64,000 bases of DNA, taken from assembly GCA_963773815.1 (NCBI GenBank), contig CAVZCI010000003.1, positions 151,749-215,748 on the forward strand, written 5' to 3'. Origin of the DNA: an uncultured Acidobacteriota bacterium (GTDB lineage: Bacteria; Acidobacteriota; Thermoanaerobaculia; UBA5066; DATFVB01). Positions 54,224-63,886 of this stretch are shown one piece after another. The notes under the pieces were generated by a model. It did not search any database, was not told where the DNA came from, and saw only the letters and a list, made by a program, of their open reading frames with translations. The first letter of the stretch is position 1. Each line of letters starts with the position of its first letter. The position numbers and the translations under genes are program-made.

Positions 54224-54484
54224 TTGGCGCATTCTAACAATTCTAACAAAAGGCAGGTTCCTCTCTTCGGAAAGGCGTTCTGGGAAGAGCTGGCCGTCTA
54301 CGGAATTCTCGTCGGCGCCTATCTCTTCTTCGTTCTGAAAACGCTCGACCGGCCCCTCGCCGGCCTCTTCCACGCGCACCGGGTGTTCTATGCCGCCGCG
54401 GCTCTGCTCCTGATCCTGTTCCAGGGAGTCGCCCTGGATCTCCTGACGACCCTGCTCGTTCGAGTCTTTCGGAGGCGTCCGTGA
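54224..54484 (+). CDS. Small two-helix membrane protein (DUF1634-like) coupled to the tauE/safE gene
   Basis: G/C-rich third positions from ~54260; hydrophobic ([18 protein letters not shown]...[23 protein letters not shown]); stop overlaps the tauE GTG (GTGA). Start uncertain (TTG at 54224 or later). Confidence 0.4.
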   Translation: MAHSNNSNKRQVPLFGKAFWEELAVYGILVGAYLFFVLKTLDRPLAGLFHAHRVFYAAAALLLILFQGVALDLLTTLLVRVFRRRP

Positions 54485-55403
54485 GATTCCTCGTGTCGCA
54501 GGTCCAGATCGCGCCCCAGTGGCTCGTCCTGATCGGGTTCGCCGTCGGCACGCTCGGGGGCTTCTTCGGGGTGGGCGGCTCGTTTCTGGCGGGGCCGGCG
54601 CTCTATCTCCTCGGCCTGCCGATGAACTACGTCGTGGGGACCGACGTCGCGCACATCGTCGGGAAATCGGTGGTCGCCGCGAAGAAGCATCGCGCGCTGG
54701 GCAACGTCGACATCAAGCTCGGGCTCGTGATGGCCTTCGGAACGATCCCCGGCGTCGAGCTCGGGGCGCGACTGGTTCAGCGCCTCAAGGCGACGAAGCA
54801 CGCCGATCTGGCCCTCGGTCTCTCGTTTTCCATCGTGCTGCTCGCGATCTCGGTCTTCATCTTGTGGGAGAGCCTCGGAGCGATGCGGCAGAAGAAGATC
54901 GGGACGCACGGGAAAAATTCGCACCCGCTCGAAGAAGGCCGATCGTCTCCACTTCAACTCCGCCTGGAAATGGATCCATCGCGTCCGCGTTCCCCCGATG
55001 ATCCGGCTTCCGATTTCAGGGATCGAGGTTTCTCTCTGGGCGATCCTCGCCGTCGCTCTCGCGGGGGGCTTCTTTTCCGGTTTTCTCGGAGGGGGAGCCG
55101 GCTATATCCGGATGCCGATGTTCGTCTACATCCTCGGCGTTCCGACGCACGTCGCGATCGGGACGGATCTCTTCGAGATCATCCTTTCGGCCGGATACGG
55201 CACGGTCTCGCACGCGCTGAAGGGGAACGTCGACATCCTGATCGCTCTCATCATGCACACCGGCGCGGCGCTCGGCGCCCAGATCGGCGCGCAGGCGACG
55301 GAACGTTTCCACGGACCCAGGATCCGCCTCGCGTTCGCGCCGCTGCCGCTTCTGGGAGCCTGCGGTTCTCCTCTTCGAGCTCCACCGGAGAGGATTCCTG
55401 TGA
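54481..55403 (+). CDS. TauE/SafE (DUF81) sulfite/anion exporter family permease, two apparent frameshifts (near 54930 and 55367)
   Basis: Two DUF81 repeats (GFFGVGGSFLAGPALYLL... and GGFFSGFLGGGAGYIRMPMFVYILG...). Linker and last helix recovered in neighbouring frames; stop overlaps the usp GTG. Confidence 0.6.
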
Positions 55404-56291
55404 GCGGAGATTCCCTGTCGAAGATCCTGCTGCTCGCCGACGAAAGGCCCGCCTCGAAATCGGCCGCCGCGCTCGCGGCGCTGCTCGCGGGAGCGACGCG
55501 GGCTTCGGTCACGGCCCTGTCGGTCGCCGAGTCCGGGACTTCCCGCTCCGCGCTCGAGGGGGCGCTCGCGGACGCCGCCTCGGTGCTCGGGCGCGCCGGC
55601 GTTCCCGTCGAGACGGCCCTTCTCGGGGAAGAAACGTCCCTCGTCGCCGAGGTCGTTCGCCGCGCGAAGGACGGATACGACCTGACCGTCCTCGGCGCTT
55701 CGTCGCGGTCGAGCCTCGGTGGCGGACGGCTGTCGCTGCGCCTCTGGCAGCTCGCTCGAGAGCGTCCCGACTCCCGTCCTGCTCGTGCCGCAGGGGGCGG
55801 CGCCGGAGATGAAACGCATCCTCCTTTGCACGGGAGGCGAGCTCTACATCGAGGAGGGGCTGCGCTTCACGGCGGCGATCGCCTCGGCCCTGGGCGCGGC
55901 GGTCACGGTTCTCCACGTGCTCCCGGAGCCCCCCGAGCTCTACCGCGACCTGGCCGCGCGCTCCTCCTCCCCTTCGGGCTACCTCGCGGGAGAAAGCCAT
56001 CTCGCGCGCCAGCTGCGCGCGCAGATGGCGGCGCTCGAAAAGCGGAACGTCTTCGCTTCGCTCGCGGTCGAGGAGGGAGACGTCGAGAGCACGATCTTCG
56101 AAGTCGCGAATCGCGTCGAAGCGCAGCTGATCGTCGTCGGATCCTCGCCGGCGCGCGGCCCGCTGCGCGCGTCGATCCTCGGAAACGTCACGCGCGAAGT
56201 CGCGAGCCGCTCCGCCGTGCCGGTCCTGATCGTCCGGTCGCGTCCGCCGGGGCTGCTGCGCGATCTGTGGAGGATCCTGCGCGAGGGTTAG
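55400..56291 (+). CDS. Tandem-domain universal stress protein (UspA family), one apparent frameshift near 55720
   Basis: Domain 1 KILLLADERPASKSAAALA...DLTVLGASSRSSLGG. Domain 2 RILLCTGGELYIEEGLRFTAAIASALGAAVTVLHVL...LIVVGSSPARGPLRASILGNVTREVASRSAVPVLIV in another frame. Confidence 0.6.
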
Positions 56292-56437
56292 CCAGCGCGG
56301 ACGATACCCGTCGCCATACGGGCGTGCTCGACTGTGCCGTCCTGCGAACGCACTTGCTCAGTACGCCTCGGCCGTCCCATTCTGCGCGCGCCCATCTGGC
56401 TCGGGTCTCGCCGCGCTTCTACGTTGAACAGGCCGGC

Positions 56438-57503
56438 CTAATGCCCCTCCGCTCCTTCCGCGTTGATCGAGTCCTGCACTTCCGTCTTCTCGGAGAAGTC
56501 GTGCGCCGCGGCCATCGCCCGGTCGAATTCCGCCTTCGCGCGGGCGTGGTCGCCTTTCGCGACGTACGCGTCGCCGAGCGCCGCGTGGACTCTCCAGAGC
56601 TCGGAGCTGCCGGGATGTTTCGCCGCGTAGCTCGAGAGGTACGAGATCGCCTCGTCGTATTTCTTTGCCGGCCATCATCGGCGCGACCGCGACGCTGATC
56701 GTCTCGGCCTCGTTCGCGACGAGCGCCGCGCGTTGCCGGAGCTCCGCCGCGCCTTTCGCGTCGCCGTTCTTCTCGAGCACCGCGGCCTTCGTCCGCAGCG
56801 CCGTGAACGACGAGCCGATCGCGAGCCCGTGATTCGCGTACTCGAGCGCGGTCTTCGGGTCGCCGTTGCGAAGCTCCCACCGCGCCGCGGCGGCCCAGGC
56901 GTCGGAGCTCCAGTGTTTGCCGCCGCGAAGCTCTTCGCGAATCGAGGCGCGGATCGTCGCCGGGAGGTCCACTTCGATGCGGAACGGCACCCGCAGTTTC
57001 TCCCACCGCAGCGAAGCGACGGCGGAGGCGTCCGCCAGGTCGTCGAACGTGTAGAGAAGGCGCTCCTCCGCCTCGGCGAGCGGGCGGGGAGAGACGGGCA
57101 CGCGGAGCGCGTCTTCCGAAGGGTCGTAGTTATAGGTTCCCCAGTCCCCCGTGAACTTGCTGAGGACGAGCGTCCATTCCGAAGCGCCGGGCACCATGTA
57201 CAGCGCGTACGTTCCCGCCGGGACAGGCTTCCCTTCGACCTTGACGGGAGTCGAGAAGGAGATCGTCGTGTTCTCGTTCGCTCCCGCCCGCCAGAGGACT
57301 CCGTACGGGACGAGACCACCCCAGATCTTCCTCTTGTTGACGGCCGGGCGGTGGTAGCGGATCTCCACGTCGGTGATGCCGATCGTCTGTCCGGCCGTAG
57401 CGGCCGGGCTCGCCTGCGGCAGGCGAATGACGGATTGAGCGAGCGCGGCAGCGGGCGCGAACGCGGCGAGAAATAAAGCTACCCTGGTCAACGTAGATCG
57501 CAT
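56438..57503 (-). CDS. Secreted DUF2911-domain protein with C-terminal TPR-like helical region; apparent frameshift near 56660
   Basis: Signal peptide MRSTLTRVALFLAAFAPAAALAQS. DUF2911 core (ISFSTPVKVEGKPVPAGTYALYMVPGASEWTLVLS). C-terminus (AKKYDEAISYLSSYAAKHPGSSELWRVHAALGDAYVAKGDHARAKAEFDRAMAAAHDF...) in the adjacent frame, ending TAG at 56438. Confidence 0.55.
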
Positions 57504-57608
57504 GAGACAAACCTCCCCGCGGTTCGGTACGAACCGCTTTCGGGATTGTTTCACTTTGTCGCGCAGCGGCGGTGTTTCAGAATCGTGAAACGGGGTGGTG
57601 CGTCGAGC

Positions 57609-59501
57609 TCACGGCAACCTTCCCGAGACTGGAACCGGGCTCGGAGACTTGACCGAGGCGATGGGACGAGCGATGTGGATCTCCGAGAGCGCCATTCGTT
57701 GGACTCCGTTGCCAAGGAAGAAAGCATAGAGCGAGTCCCCGGTTGCCTGCAGGCCGAGCGGGTAATCGCTGAGGATCCCGTCCGGAAGTGTCTGCCAGTT
57801 GCCGCCAGAGAGCGGTTTCGCGAACACGCTGTTGCCAAGGCCGGAGCCGAAGCCGAAGAGGAAACGATCACTCGACGTCGCGACCGCGCCGACCTCGGAT
57901 GATGGGGACGCCGTCGGGTGCCAGGTCTGTCCGAGGTCGTCGGTCTGAAGCAGGCCTCCGCCAGTCGCGACATAGAGTATTCCACCGACGCCATAGACCT
58001 TCCAGGCGCCGTTGTCCGGCTGGAGAACCGCTGACCACGAAGCGCCGCCGTCGGTCGATCGGAAGACCGAGAAGTTGTCGGCGACGAAAAGCGCGTTGGC
58101 TACGACTGCGATCGCACACGTGGAGCTGGCCGGGACCGCCAGAGTCACCCAGTCGGCGGGACCGGACTTTCGATAGAGGCGCGGGCTTCCGCCGAAGGTG
58201 CCTGCATAGACGACTCCGCCCCCGGATTCGAGAGCGCAGATCTCGGGATAGGGTCGCTCGATTCCGGAACTGAAGGCGGCCCAGGTGGCGCCCTGGTCGG
58301 TGCTTCGAAAGATCCCGTCCGTCTGCGTTCCGAGAAGGAGCGATCCATCCGGCTGCTGCATCAGGGAAGCGGGCGAGTCGCTCGGTGTTTGGAACCCCGA
58401 CCAGGTCGAGCCGCGATCGTGGCTCGTGAAGAAATCTCTACCGAGATACCCGTAGACCGAGTCTCCTTCGGCAGCCGCCGGGCTGAGAGTCCCGATCAGT
58501 CCTGAGTTGCTGCGTTCCCAGGTCAGGCCGCCGTCCCCCGTCGCGAAGACCCCCGCGAAGACGCTGCCTGCGAGAAACCGGTCTCCGACCGAGAGAAAGA
58601 CATTGGGAGCGTCAAGGCGCAGGCCAGAGGGAGTCGCCGAAGGAGCCGGCAACCAGTTCGCCCCGCCGTCCACGGTGGAATACAGCCGCGTGCAGGGAGG
58701 TGCCGGGCAAGGTCCTCCGTAACCGATCACTTCGAAGAAGGTATTTCCTGAGCCGTAGACAATTTGAGCCTCCCGGTTTGGAACGGTGGGAACAGGTGTC
58801 CATGAACTCCCTCGATCGAGGCTGCGGTAGAAACCGCCGGGCGTGCGCGCATACAGGGCATCCGTCCAGAAGAGTGAAAAGACATACTGGCCTGTCAGGG
58901 CCGCCAGATGGAAAGTCACGCCGCCGTCGTCGGAGCGCGCGACGCCATTGTCGGTTCCAGCGAAGAGGGCCCCGTCGGCCCAGAGCAGGGAGTAGGGGAT
59001 CCCCAAATCGGCCTCTTGTCGCGCCCATGTCGCTCCCCCGTCGGTCGACCGGTAGACGCCGCTCGTGTCTCCGCACGACATCGGGCAGGCCTGTGGCGGA
59101 GTCGCCGCCCACATCGTCGTCGGCGAAGCGGCGACTGCGTTGATCTCGGAACCTGGACCCTGAGACTTCGTCCACGTCGAGGACCCGTCGAAGCTTGTGT
59201 AGAAAGTACCGAAAACATCGGCGAAGACGACGGTATCGCCCGAGGCAGCGAGGAGCGGCCCGGCGTAGTTCTCGGGAGGGATCTGGCCTCGCGAGACCGG
59301 CGCCCAGGTACTTCCTCCATCGGTGCTTTTGAAGACGCCGGCCTCCAACAGATAGACATAAACGGCGTTTCCCGAATTCGCGAAGGCCATGGCGTCCCCG
59401 CCGGGTGGACTCAGAGGCGGGCCCCAGGTTTGGCCAGACGTGGCGACTGCCACGAGCAGGAAGACCGCGAGGAGACAGCAGCGAATCGTCCTCGATGGCA
59501 C
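57609..59501 (-). CDS. Secreted BNR/Asp-box repeat protein (sialidase-like beta-propeller, Ycf48-like)
   Basis: At least seven S-x-D-x-G-x-T-W repeats (STDGGSTW, SFDGSSTW, STDGGATW, SDDGGVTF, SLDRGSSW, STDQGATW, STDGGASW, TDDLGQTW); start uncertain. The annotated ORF N-terminus (to 59792) overlaps tRNA-Pro antisense and is not part of the gene. Confidence 0.6.
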   Translation of the reverse strand: MPSRTIRCCLLAVFLLVAVATSGQTWGPPLSPPGGDAMAFANSGNAVYVYLLEAGVFKSTDGGSTWAPVSRGQIPPENYAGPLLAASGDTVVFADVFGTFYTSFDGSSTWTKSQGPGSEINAVAASPTTMWAATPPQACPMSCGDTSGVYRSTDGGATWARQEADLGIPYSLLWADGALFAGTDNGVARSDDGGVTFHLAALTGQYVFSLFWTDALYARTPGGFYRSLDRGSSWTPVPTVPNREAQIVYGSGNTFFEVIGYGGPCPAPPCTRLYSTVDGGANWLPAPSATPSGLRLDAPNVFLSVGDRFLAGSVFAGVFATGDGGLTWERSNSGLIGTLSPAAAEGDSVYGYLGRDFFTSHDRGSTWSGFQTPSDSPASLMQQPDGSLLLGTQTDGIFRSTDQGATWAAFSSGIERPYPEICALESGGGVVYAGTFGGSPRLYRKSGPADWVTLAVPASSTCAIAVVANALFVADNFSVFRSTDGGASWSAVLQPDNGAWKVYGVGGILYVATGGGLLQTDDLGQTWHPTASPSSEVGAVATSSDRFLFGFGSGLGNSVFAKPLSGGNWQTLPDGILSDYPLGLQATGDSLYAFFLGNGVQRMALSEIHIARPIASVKSPSPVPVSGRLP

Positions 59502-59655
59502 CGCCGGAAATGCTGAACGGGGAGCAGCCTTCTGGGAATAGCCGAGGAGAGCAGGGATCAAACGGTCTCGTGATCGATACGGGTTCACGATGGGTCGATC
59601 ATACTCTTCCCGCCTCATCGCCCCTCCACCGTGGCGCATGCCATAATCGCGATCA

Positions 59656-59732
59656 CGGGGCGTAGCGCAGCCCGGTAGCGCTCCTGCTTTGGGAGCAGGA
59701 GGTCCCCGGTTCAAATCCGGGCGCCCCGACCA
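59656..59732 (+). tRNA. tRNA-Pro (anticodon TGG)
   Basis: Acceptor CGGGGCG/CGCCCCG, D-arm GCGCAGCCCGGTAGCGC, anticodon loop TTTGGGA, T-loop GGTTCAAATCC, encoded CCA. Confidence 0.85.
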
Positions 59733-59791
59733 CTCCTTTCTCCGCTCACTGAGTGTTTCTTGTGGCAGTACGCCGACCTGGAGGTGACTCA

Positions 59792-60616
59792 ATGATACGA
59801 ACGTGGCTGAAGTGCCTCACTAGCTCTGCAGCGCTAATACTCGTCCTGATCGCCGGGAGTCGAGCCGCAGTCGCCGGCGACGCGTACATCGTCGGAGGTT
59901 TCTCGCCCGTTCCGCAAACGCCAGGAACCGGGTCCGGCGCCTGGACCTCGATCATTACTCTCTTCAACACGGGCGACCAACCGGCGACTGGCCGTCTTCT
60001 TTCGCTTAGCAATGGGGCGGTCGCGAATGCGCCGGCGGACGCAACGTTTCCACCCAACACCTTGCGTGGCTTTCCCGGCTCGTGGGAACCGAGCCCTTCG
60101 TTGCCGAGACTGTTTGTCTATCATGTCGATCTGCCATCGACCGTCATCGTGTCGGATCGGCTGTTTTTCTATCGAGAGGAAAACTGTGGTGCGCCGGCGT
60201 GTGGTCCGTTCTTTCGAGGAGCGGTGCCGCTGCCGGTCTTCCGATCGCTCGTTTCGCCTGGCACGCCTCAGATCCTGCTGAATGCGGACCTCGGCGATTC
60301 TGGAGAGGTGAGGGCGAACGTCGCCGTCTTCAACGGGAGCGAAGAGCCCGCGACGGCGCGAACAGATGTTCACTTCGGGTGCAGCGGCGCTATCGAAAGT
60401 TCCCAGACGGTCATCGTCAGTCCGAACTCGATCATTCAGGTCAATGCCTTCGGGTCCATCAGCGGCGTCGAAACATGTGATCCCTTCGATCTGGAGCACC
60501 CTGCAGTAGGGTCCCGATACGTTACCGTCGTCATGGACCAGCCCGGGTTCGCGATCCTCGCCGCTCTCAAGGACGGCACGGTGGACTTCTCGATTCCGGT
60601 CGGCATTTCACCGTAG
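59792..60616 (+). CDS. Secreted hypothetical protein
   Basis: ATG at 59792 with GGAGGTGA upstream; signal peptide MIRTWLKCLTSSAALILVLIAGSRAAVAG; 274 aa, Cys pairs (CGAPACG), no known motif. Confidence 0.55.
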   Translation: MIRTWLKCLTSSAALILVLIAGSRAAVAGDAYIVGGFSPVPQTPGTGSGAWTSIITLFNTGDQPATGRLLSLSNGAVANAPADATFPPNTLRGFPGSWEPSPSLPRLFVYHVDLPSTVIVSDRLFFYREENCGAPACGPFFRGAVPLPVFRSLVSPGTPQILLNADLGDSGEVRANVAVFNGSEEPATARTDVHFGCSGAIESSQTVIVSPNSIIQVNAFGSISGVETCDPFDLEHPAVGSRYVTVVMDQPGFAILAALKDGTVDFSIPVGISP

Positions 60617-60710
60617 GGCCTGTTCTACCCGGGATTCGCGAAGGGTTGGCTTCGCCCCGTTCCGTTAGACTCCACCGATGCAAATCGCCTCCAAAATCAG
60701 CGTCCGGCGT

Positions 60711-61130
60711 ATGCGCTCGGCCGCCTTCGCCCTTTTCGTGGCGTCGCTCTTCCTCTCCGCCGGCTGCGCGAGCGTCGCGCAGGTGACGAACATTTCAGAC
60801 GACGCCTGCCGCGGGAGCTTTCAGAACGCGCTCGCGTCGATTCTGACGGCCGAGGGCGAAAAGCCCGAGGTCGCCGAGAAGCTCGTTTCGCACGCGCTCT
60901 CGATTCTTTCGACCGGAATCGTCGGCCCGCGGCCTTTCCTCGTGTCGTCCCCGTCGGGCGCCGACTACGAGCTCTTCGTCCAGTCGAAGAAGTCGGGATG
61001 TCTCCTGCGGCTCTACGCGCGGCAAAAGGGGTTCGTCCGTTACACGAACAACATGACCTACATCCAGACGCGTCGGCTGCCCGCGTGCAGCCTGCGCGGA
61101 GTGATCGGGCAGAAACCTCCGTTACCCTCG
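60711..61130 (+). CDS. Putative lipoprotein (lipobox LSAGC); 3' end uncertain
   Basis: MRSAAFALFVASLFLSAGCAS signal II. The reading frame runs on with no stop through the convergent doxX region, so the true stop is not identifiable (possible indel). Confidence 0.35.
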
Positions 61131-61577
61131 CGCCACGCGTTGTTCGCGCCGCGCGGCCATCTCGACCGGAGGCTGCTCGCCGCGCTCGGAGCCGGCGTCC
61201 ACGCTCGCGGCCCACGGCCTCGGAATCGCCGCGAGCATCAGCGCCGAGCCGAGCAGGGCGACGTTCTTCGTGAAGTTGACGAGGTCGTTGAGGCGTTCCG
61301 CTCCGCTCTCGCTCCAGAACGGGTGCATGTAGATCGTGACGGGGGCGAGGAACAGAACGATTGCGCCGATTCCGACGGACGGTTTCCATCCGAGCAGGAG
61401 GCTCAAGCCCCCGACGAGGAGAAACGCGCCGGCCACCGGGACGGCGACGCCGGGAAACGGGACCCCTTTCGCGGCCGCGTACACCGCCGTTTTCGAGGCA
61501 TTCAGGAGGAGATTCGCTCCGTTGAAGAGATAGAAGCCGGCCACGATGATGCGGCCGGTCAGGAATGCGGTTTTCAC
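61122..61577 (-). CDS. DoxX-family membrane protein
   Basis: GTG at 61577 with AAGGAGG 5 nt upstream; VKTAFLTGRIIVAGFYLFNGANLLLN...four TM helices typical of DoxX. Confidence 0.55.
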   Translation of the reverse strand: MKTAFLTGRIIVAGFYLFNGANLLLNASKTAVYAAAKGVPFPGVAVPVAGAFLLVGGLSLLLGWKPSVGIGAIVLFLAPVTIYMHPFWSESGAERLNDLVNFTKNVALLGSALMLAAIPRPWAASVDAGSERGEQPPVEMAARREQRVARG

Positions 61578-61668
61578 AGGACCTCCTTTCTGTCCGACAG
61601 CGTCCGGATGCAAGATTCGTGAAACCGGGGCGAAGTGCCTCGGAAACCGATGGGTTAGACTCCCCGAA

Positions 61669-62644
61669 ATGGCCGTCTTCGACGTTCATCTGCACGTCCA
61701 GCCCCACTCGGAGTTCAACGCCGTCTCCCGGGAGTTCATGGAGCGGGGGCGGCGGGACCTCGAGCGGTACGCGAAGATCGAGTCCTCCCCCCGCGAGCTG
61801 CTTCGCTTCCTCGACGAGCAGGAGATCGAGCGCGCGTGCCTGGTCAACTACTCCGCGCCCGACACTCTGGGGCTCTCCGACCGGGTGTCCGACTGGGTCC
61901 TTCGCTACTGCCGGGAGGACCCGCGAAGGCTGCTCGCCACGGGGTCCGTGCATCCGCGCCTCGCAAAGCCCGGAGGACACGCCGCGCGGCGACTCTTCGA
62001 GAGCGGCATTCGCATGATCAAGCTCCACCCGCCGCACCAGCTCTTTTCGCCGAACGACCACCTCTTCGGAAATGCGGTGCTCGCGGAGATCTACGCCGAC
62101 GCGCAGGAAGCCGGACGGCCGGTGATGATCCACACGGGCACGTCGGTTTTTCCGTCGGCCCGGAACCGGTTTGCGGACCCGATGCCGGTCGACGACGTCG
62201 CCGTCGATTTTCCGAAATTGAAGATCGTCCTCGCGCACTGCGGACGGCCCCTGTTCTACGAGACGGCGTTCTTTCTCGCGCGCCGGCACGAGAACGTCTA
62301 CCTGGAGCTGTCCGGGAATCCCGCCGAAAAAGGTTCTCGAGGCGCTCCCGCGGCTCGAGGAGGTCGCGCACAAGACCCTGTGGGGAACCGACTGGCCCTC
62401 GCCCGGCATCTCCTCGCCGGCGGGGAACGTGGCCGCGTTCCGCGCGCTGGCCCTCTCGGAGGGCGCGAAGCAGAAGATCCTGTTCGACAACGCGCAGGCA
62501 CTGTTTCCCGAGATCTCGATTGCTTCGCTTGGTCCGCTCGGGTCCAGCCCCCGCGGGCGCCGACGCCGTGCTTTCGCTCGGGCAGTACCCCGGACTTCGC
62601 GCGCCGCTTCTGCGGAGGGGCTTCGATGTGCGATGCGCGCGTAA
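61669..62644 (+). CDS. Amidohydrolase-2 (PF04909-type TIM-barrel metal-dependent hydrolase), one apparent 1-nt insertion near 62326
   Basis: MAVFDVHLHV...MIKLHPPHQ...MIHTGTS...VLAHCGRP. C-terminal 105 aa (KVLEALPRLEEVAHKTLWGTDWPSPG...) in frame +1 to TAA at 62642-62644. Confidence 0.65.
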
Positions 62645-62766
62645 GCCGGGGTCCCCACTGCCCTTCGCCGCCCTCCCGGCGCCCACGAGCCCCGACACTC
62701 GCGTTCCTTCGCTCCGGGATGGAGCCCCACCCCGTGAGCGGAGCCGACGGCGCGGCCGGGGCCAAC

Positions 62767-62900
62767 GCGCCCGCGCAAGAAGGGCGGGTGGCGCGGGGCG
62801 AGACCCCCTTTTGCCGCTCGCGGCGCGGAGTCGCAGCAAAGTCTTCAGCCCGCAGCGAGCGGAAAAGCGGGGCGAGTCCCGCGACAGGACCCGCTTGCCG
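62767..62900 (+). repeat. Copy 2 of the ~130-bp double-terminator repeat (see 43601..43775)
   Basis: GCGCAAGAAGGGCGGGTGGCGCGGGGCGAGACCCCCTTTTGCCGCTCGCGGCGCGGAGTCGCAGCAAAGTCTTCAGCCCGCAGCGAGCGGAAAAGCGGGGCGAGTCCCGCGACAGGACCCGCTTGCCG aligns to copy 1 with ~8 substitutions and one indel. Confidence 0.7.
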
Positions 62901-62952
62901 GGCGGGCGCTGGGACTGCCCGCGACGTCGGCGAGCGAAGGCTCTCCGAAACG

Positions 62953-62958
62953 TATAAT
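62953..62958 (+). promoter_or_regulatory. Perfect TATAAT -10 hexamer 9 nt upstream of the hbd start codon (no obvious Shine-Dalgarno; possibly near-leaderless)
   Basis: cgTATAATcgaaagcggATG; no convincing -35. Confidence 0.3.
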
Positions 62959-62967
62959 CGAAAGCGG

Positions 62968-63879
62968 ATGACGGCCTCGCACCCTCACGCGATCCGCACG
63001 GTCCTCATCGTGGGCTCCGGGACGATGGGCCGGGGGATCGCCTCCGTCGCCGCGATTCGCGGGTTCGAGACGCTGCTTTTCGACGCCGAGCCGAGAGCTC
63101 TCGGGGCCGCGCACGAGCTCATCGGGGCGTCCTGGGACAGGGCGGTTTCCCGCCAGAAGCTCTCCGCGGACGACGTTCACGCCGCCCGCCTGCGCCTGAG
63201 ATGCCTGTCGCGGCTGGCCGACGGGGCTTCCGCGGACGCGGCGATCGAGGCCGTTCCGGAGAGCCTCGAGCTGAAGAGGTCGATCTTCTCGGAGCTCGAT
63301 TCGATCTGCGCGGACAGCGCGCTTCTCGCCTCGAACACGTCTTCCCTCTCGATCTCGAAGATCGCGTCGGCGACGCGCCGGCCGTCTCGCGTGATCGGGC
63401 TCCATTTCTTCAACCCGGTGGCCGTCAAAACGCTCGTCGAGATCGTCGTCGGGAAAGAGACCTCGGCGGAGACCGTTGGCCGGGCTCGAGATTTCGTGAA
63501 AGGCCTCGGCAAGGAGCCGATCGTCGTCCAGGATTCGCCGGGATTCGCGACCTCGAGGCTCGGCGTCGCGCTCGGGCTCGAGGCGGCGCGGATGCTCGAA
63601 GAGGGCGTCGCCTCCGCGGCCGACATCGACCGGGCGATGGAAGCGGGCTACGGCCACGCGATGGGGCCTCTCAAGACGTCGGACCTCGTGGGCCTCGACG
63701 TGCGTCTGTCGATCGCGAACAGCCTGTCCGAAGAGCTCTCGGAGGAGCGGTTCCGCCCCCCGGAGATTCTGCGGCGTCTCGTGTCGGAGGGAAAGACGGG
63801 CCGGAAGGCGGGCGAAGGGTTCTACCGGTGGGACGGCGACAAGCCGGTGCCGGCCGGGCGCAAGGCCGGCAAGAGCTGA
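62968..63879 (+). CDS. 3-hydroxyacyl-CoA / 3-hydroxybutyryl-CoA dehydrogenase (NAD-binding)
   Basis: Rossmann motif IVGSGTMGRGIA, catalytic region NTSSLSI...HFFNPV, C-terminal dimerisation domain; 303 aa. Confidence 0.8.
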   Translation: MTASHPHAIRTVLIVGSGTMGRGIASVAAIRGFETLLFDAEPRALGAAHELIGASWDRAVSRQKLSADDVHAARLRLRCLSRLADGASADAAIEAVPESLELKRSIFSELDSICADSALLASNTSSLSISKIASATRRPSRVIGLHFFNPVAVKTLVEIVVGKETSAETVGRARDFVKGLGKEPIVVQDSPGFATSRLGVALGLEAARMLEEGVASAADIDRAMEAGYGHAMGPLKTSDLVGLDVRLSIANSLSEELSEERFRPPEILRRLVSEGKTGRKAGEGFYRWDGDKPVPAGRKAGKS

Positions 63880-63886
63880 CCTCCGG

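Noticed and set aside
60678-61622. 314-aa plus-strand ORF read as one long lipoprotein
   Set aside because: Its 3' two-thirds are antisense to the DoxX gene, which has a strong AAGGAGG-GTG start. Only the N-terminal lipoprotein part is credible, and its true stop is probably obscured by an indel.
43601-62900. 19-kb genomic island bounded by the two 130-bp direct repeats
   Set aside because: The interval has no integrase, transposase, phage or conjugation genes and contains housekeeping-type genes (E1 dehydrogenase, tRNA-Pro, acyl-CoA synthetase) with the same GC content and codon bias as the flanks. The repeats look like terminator-type dispersed elements rather than att sites.
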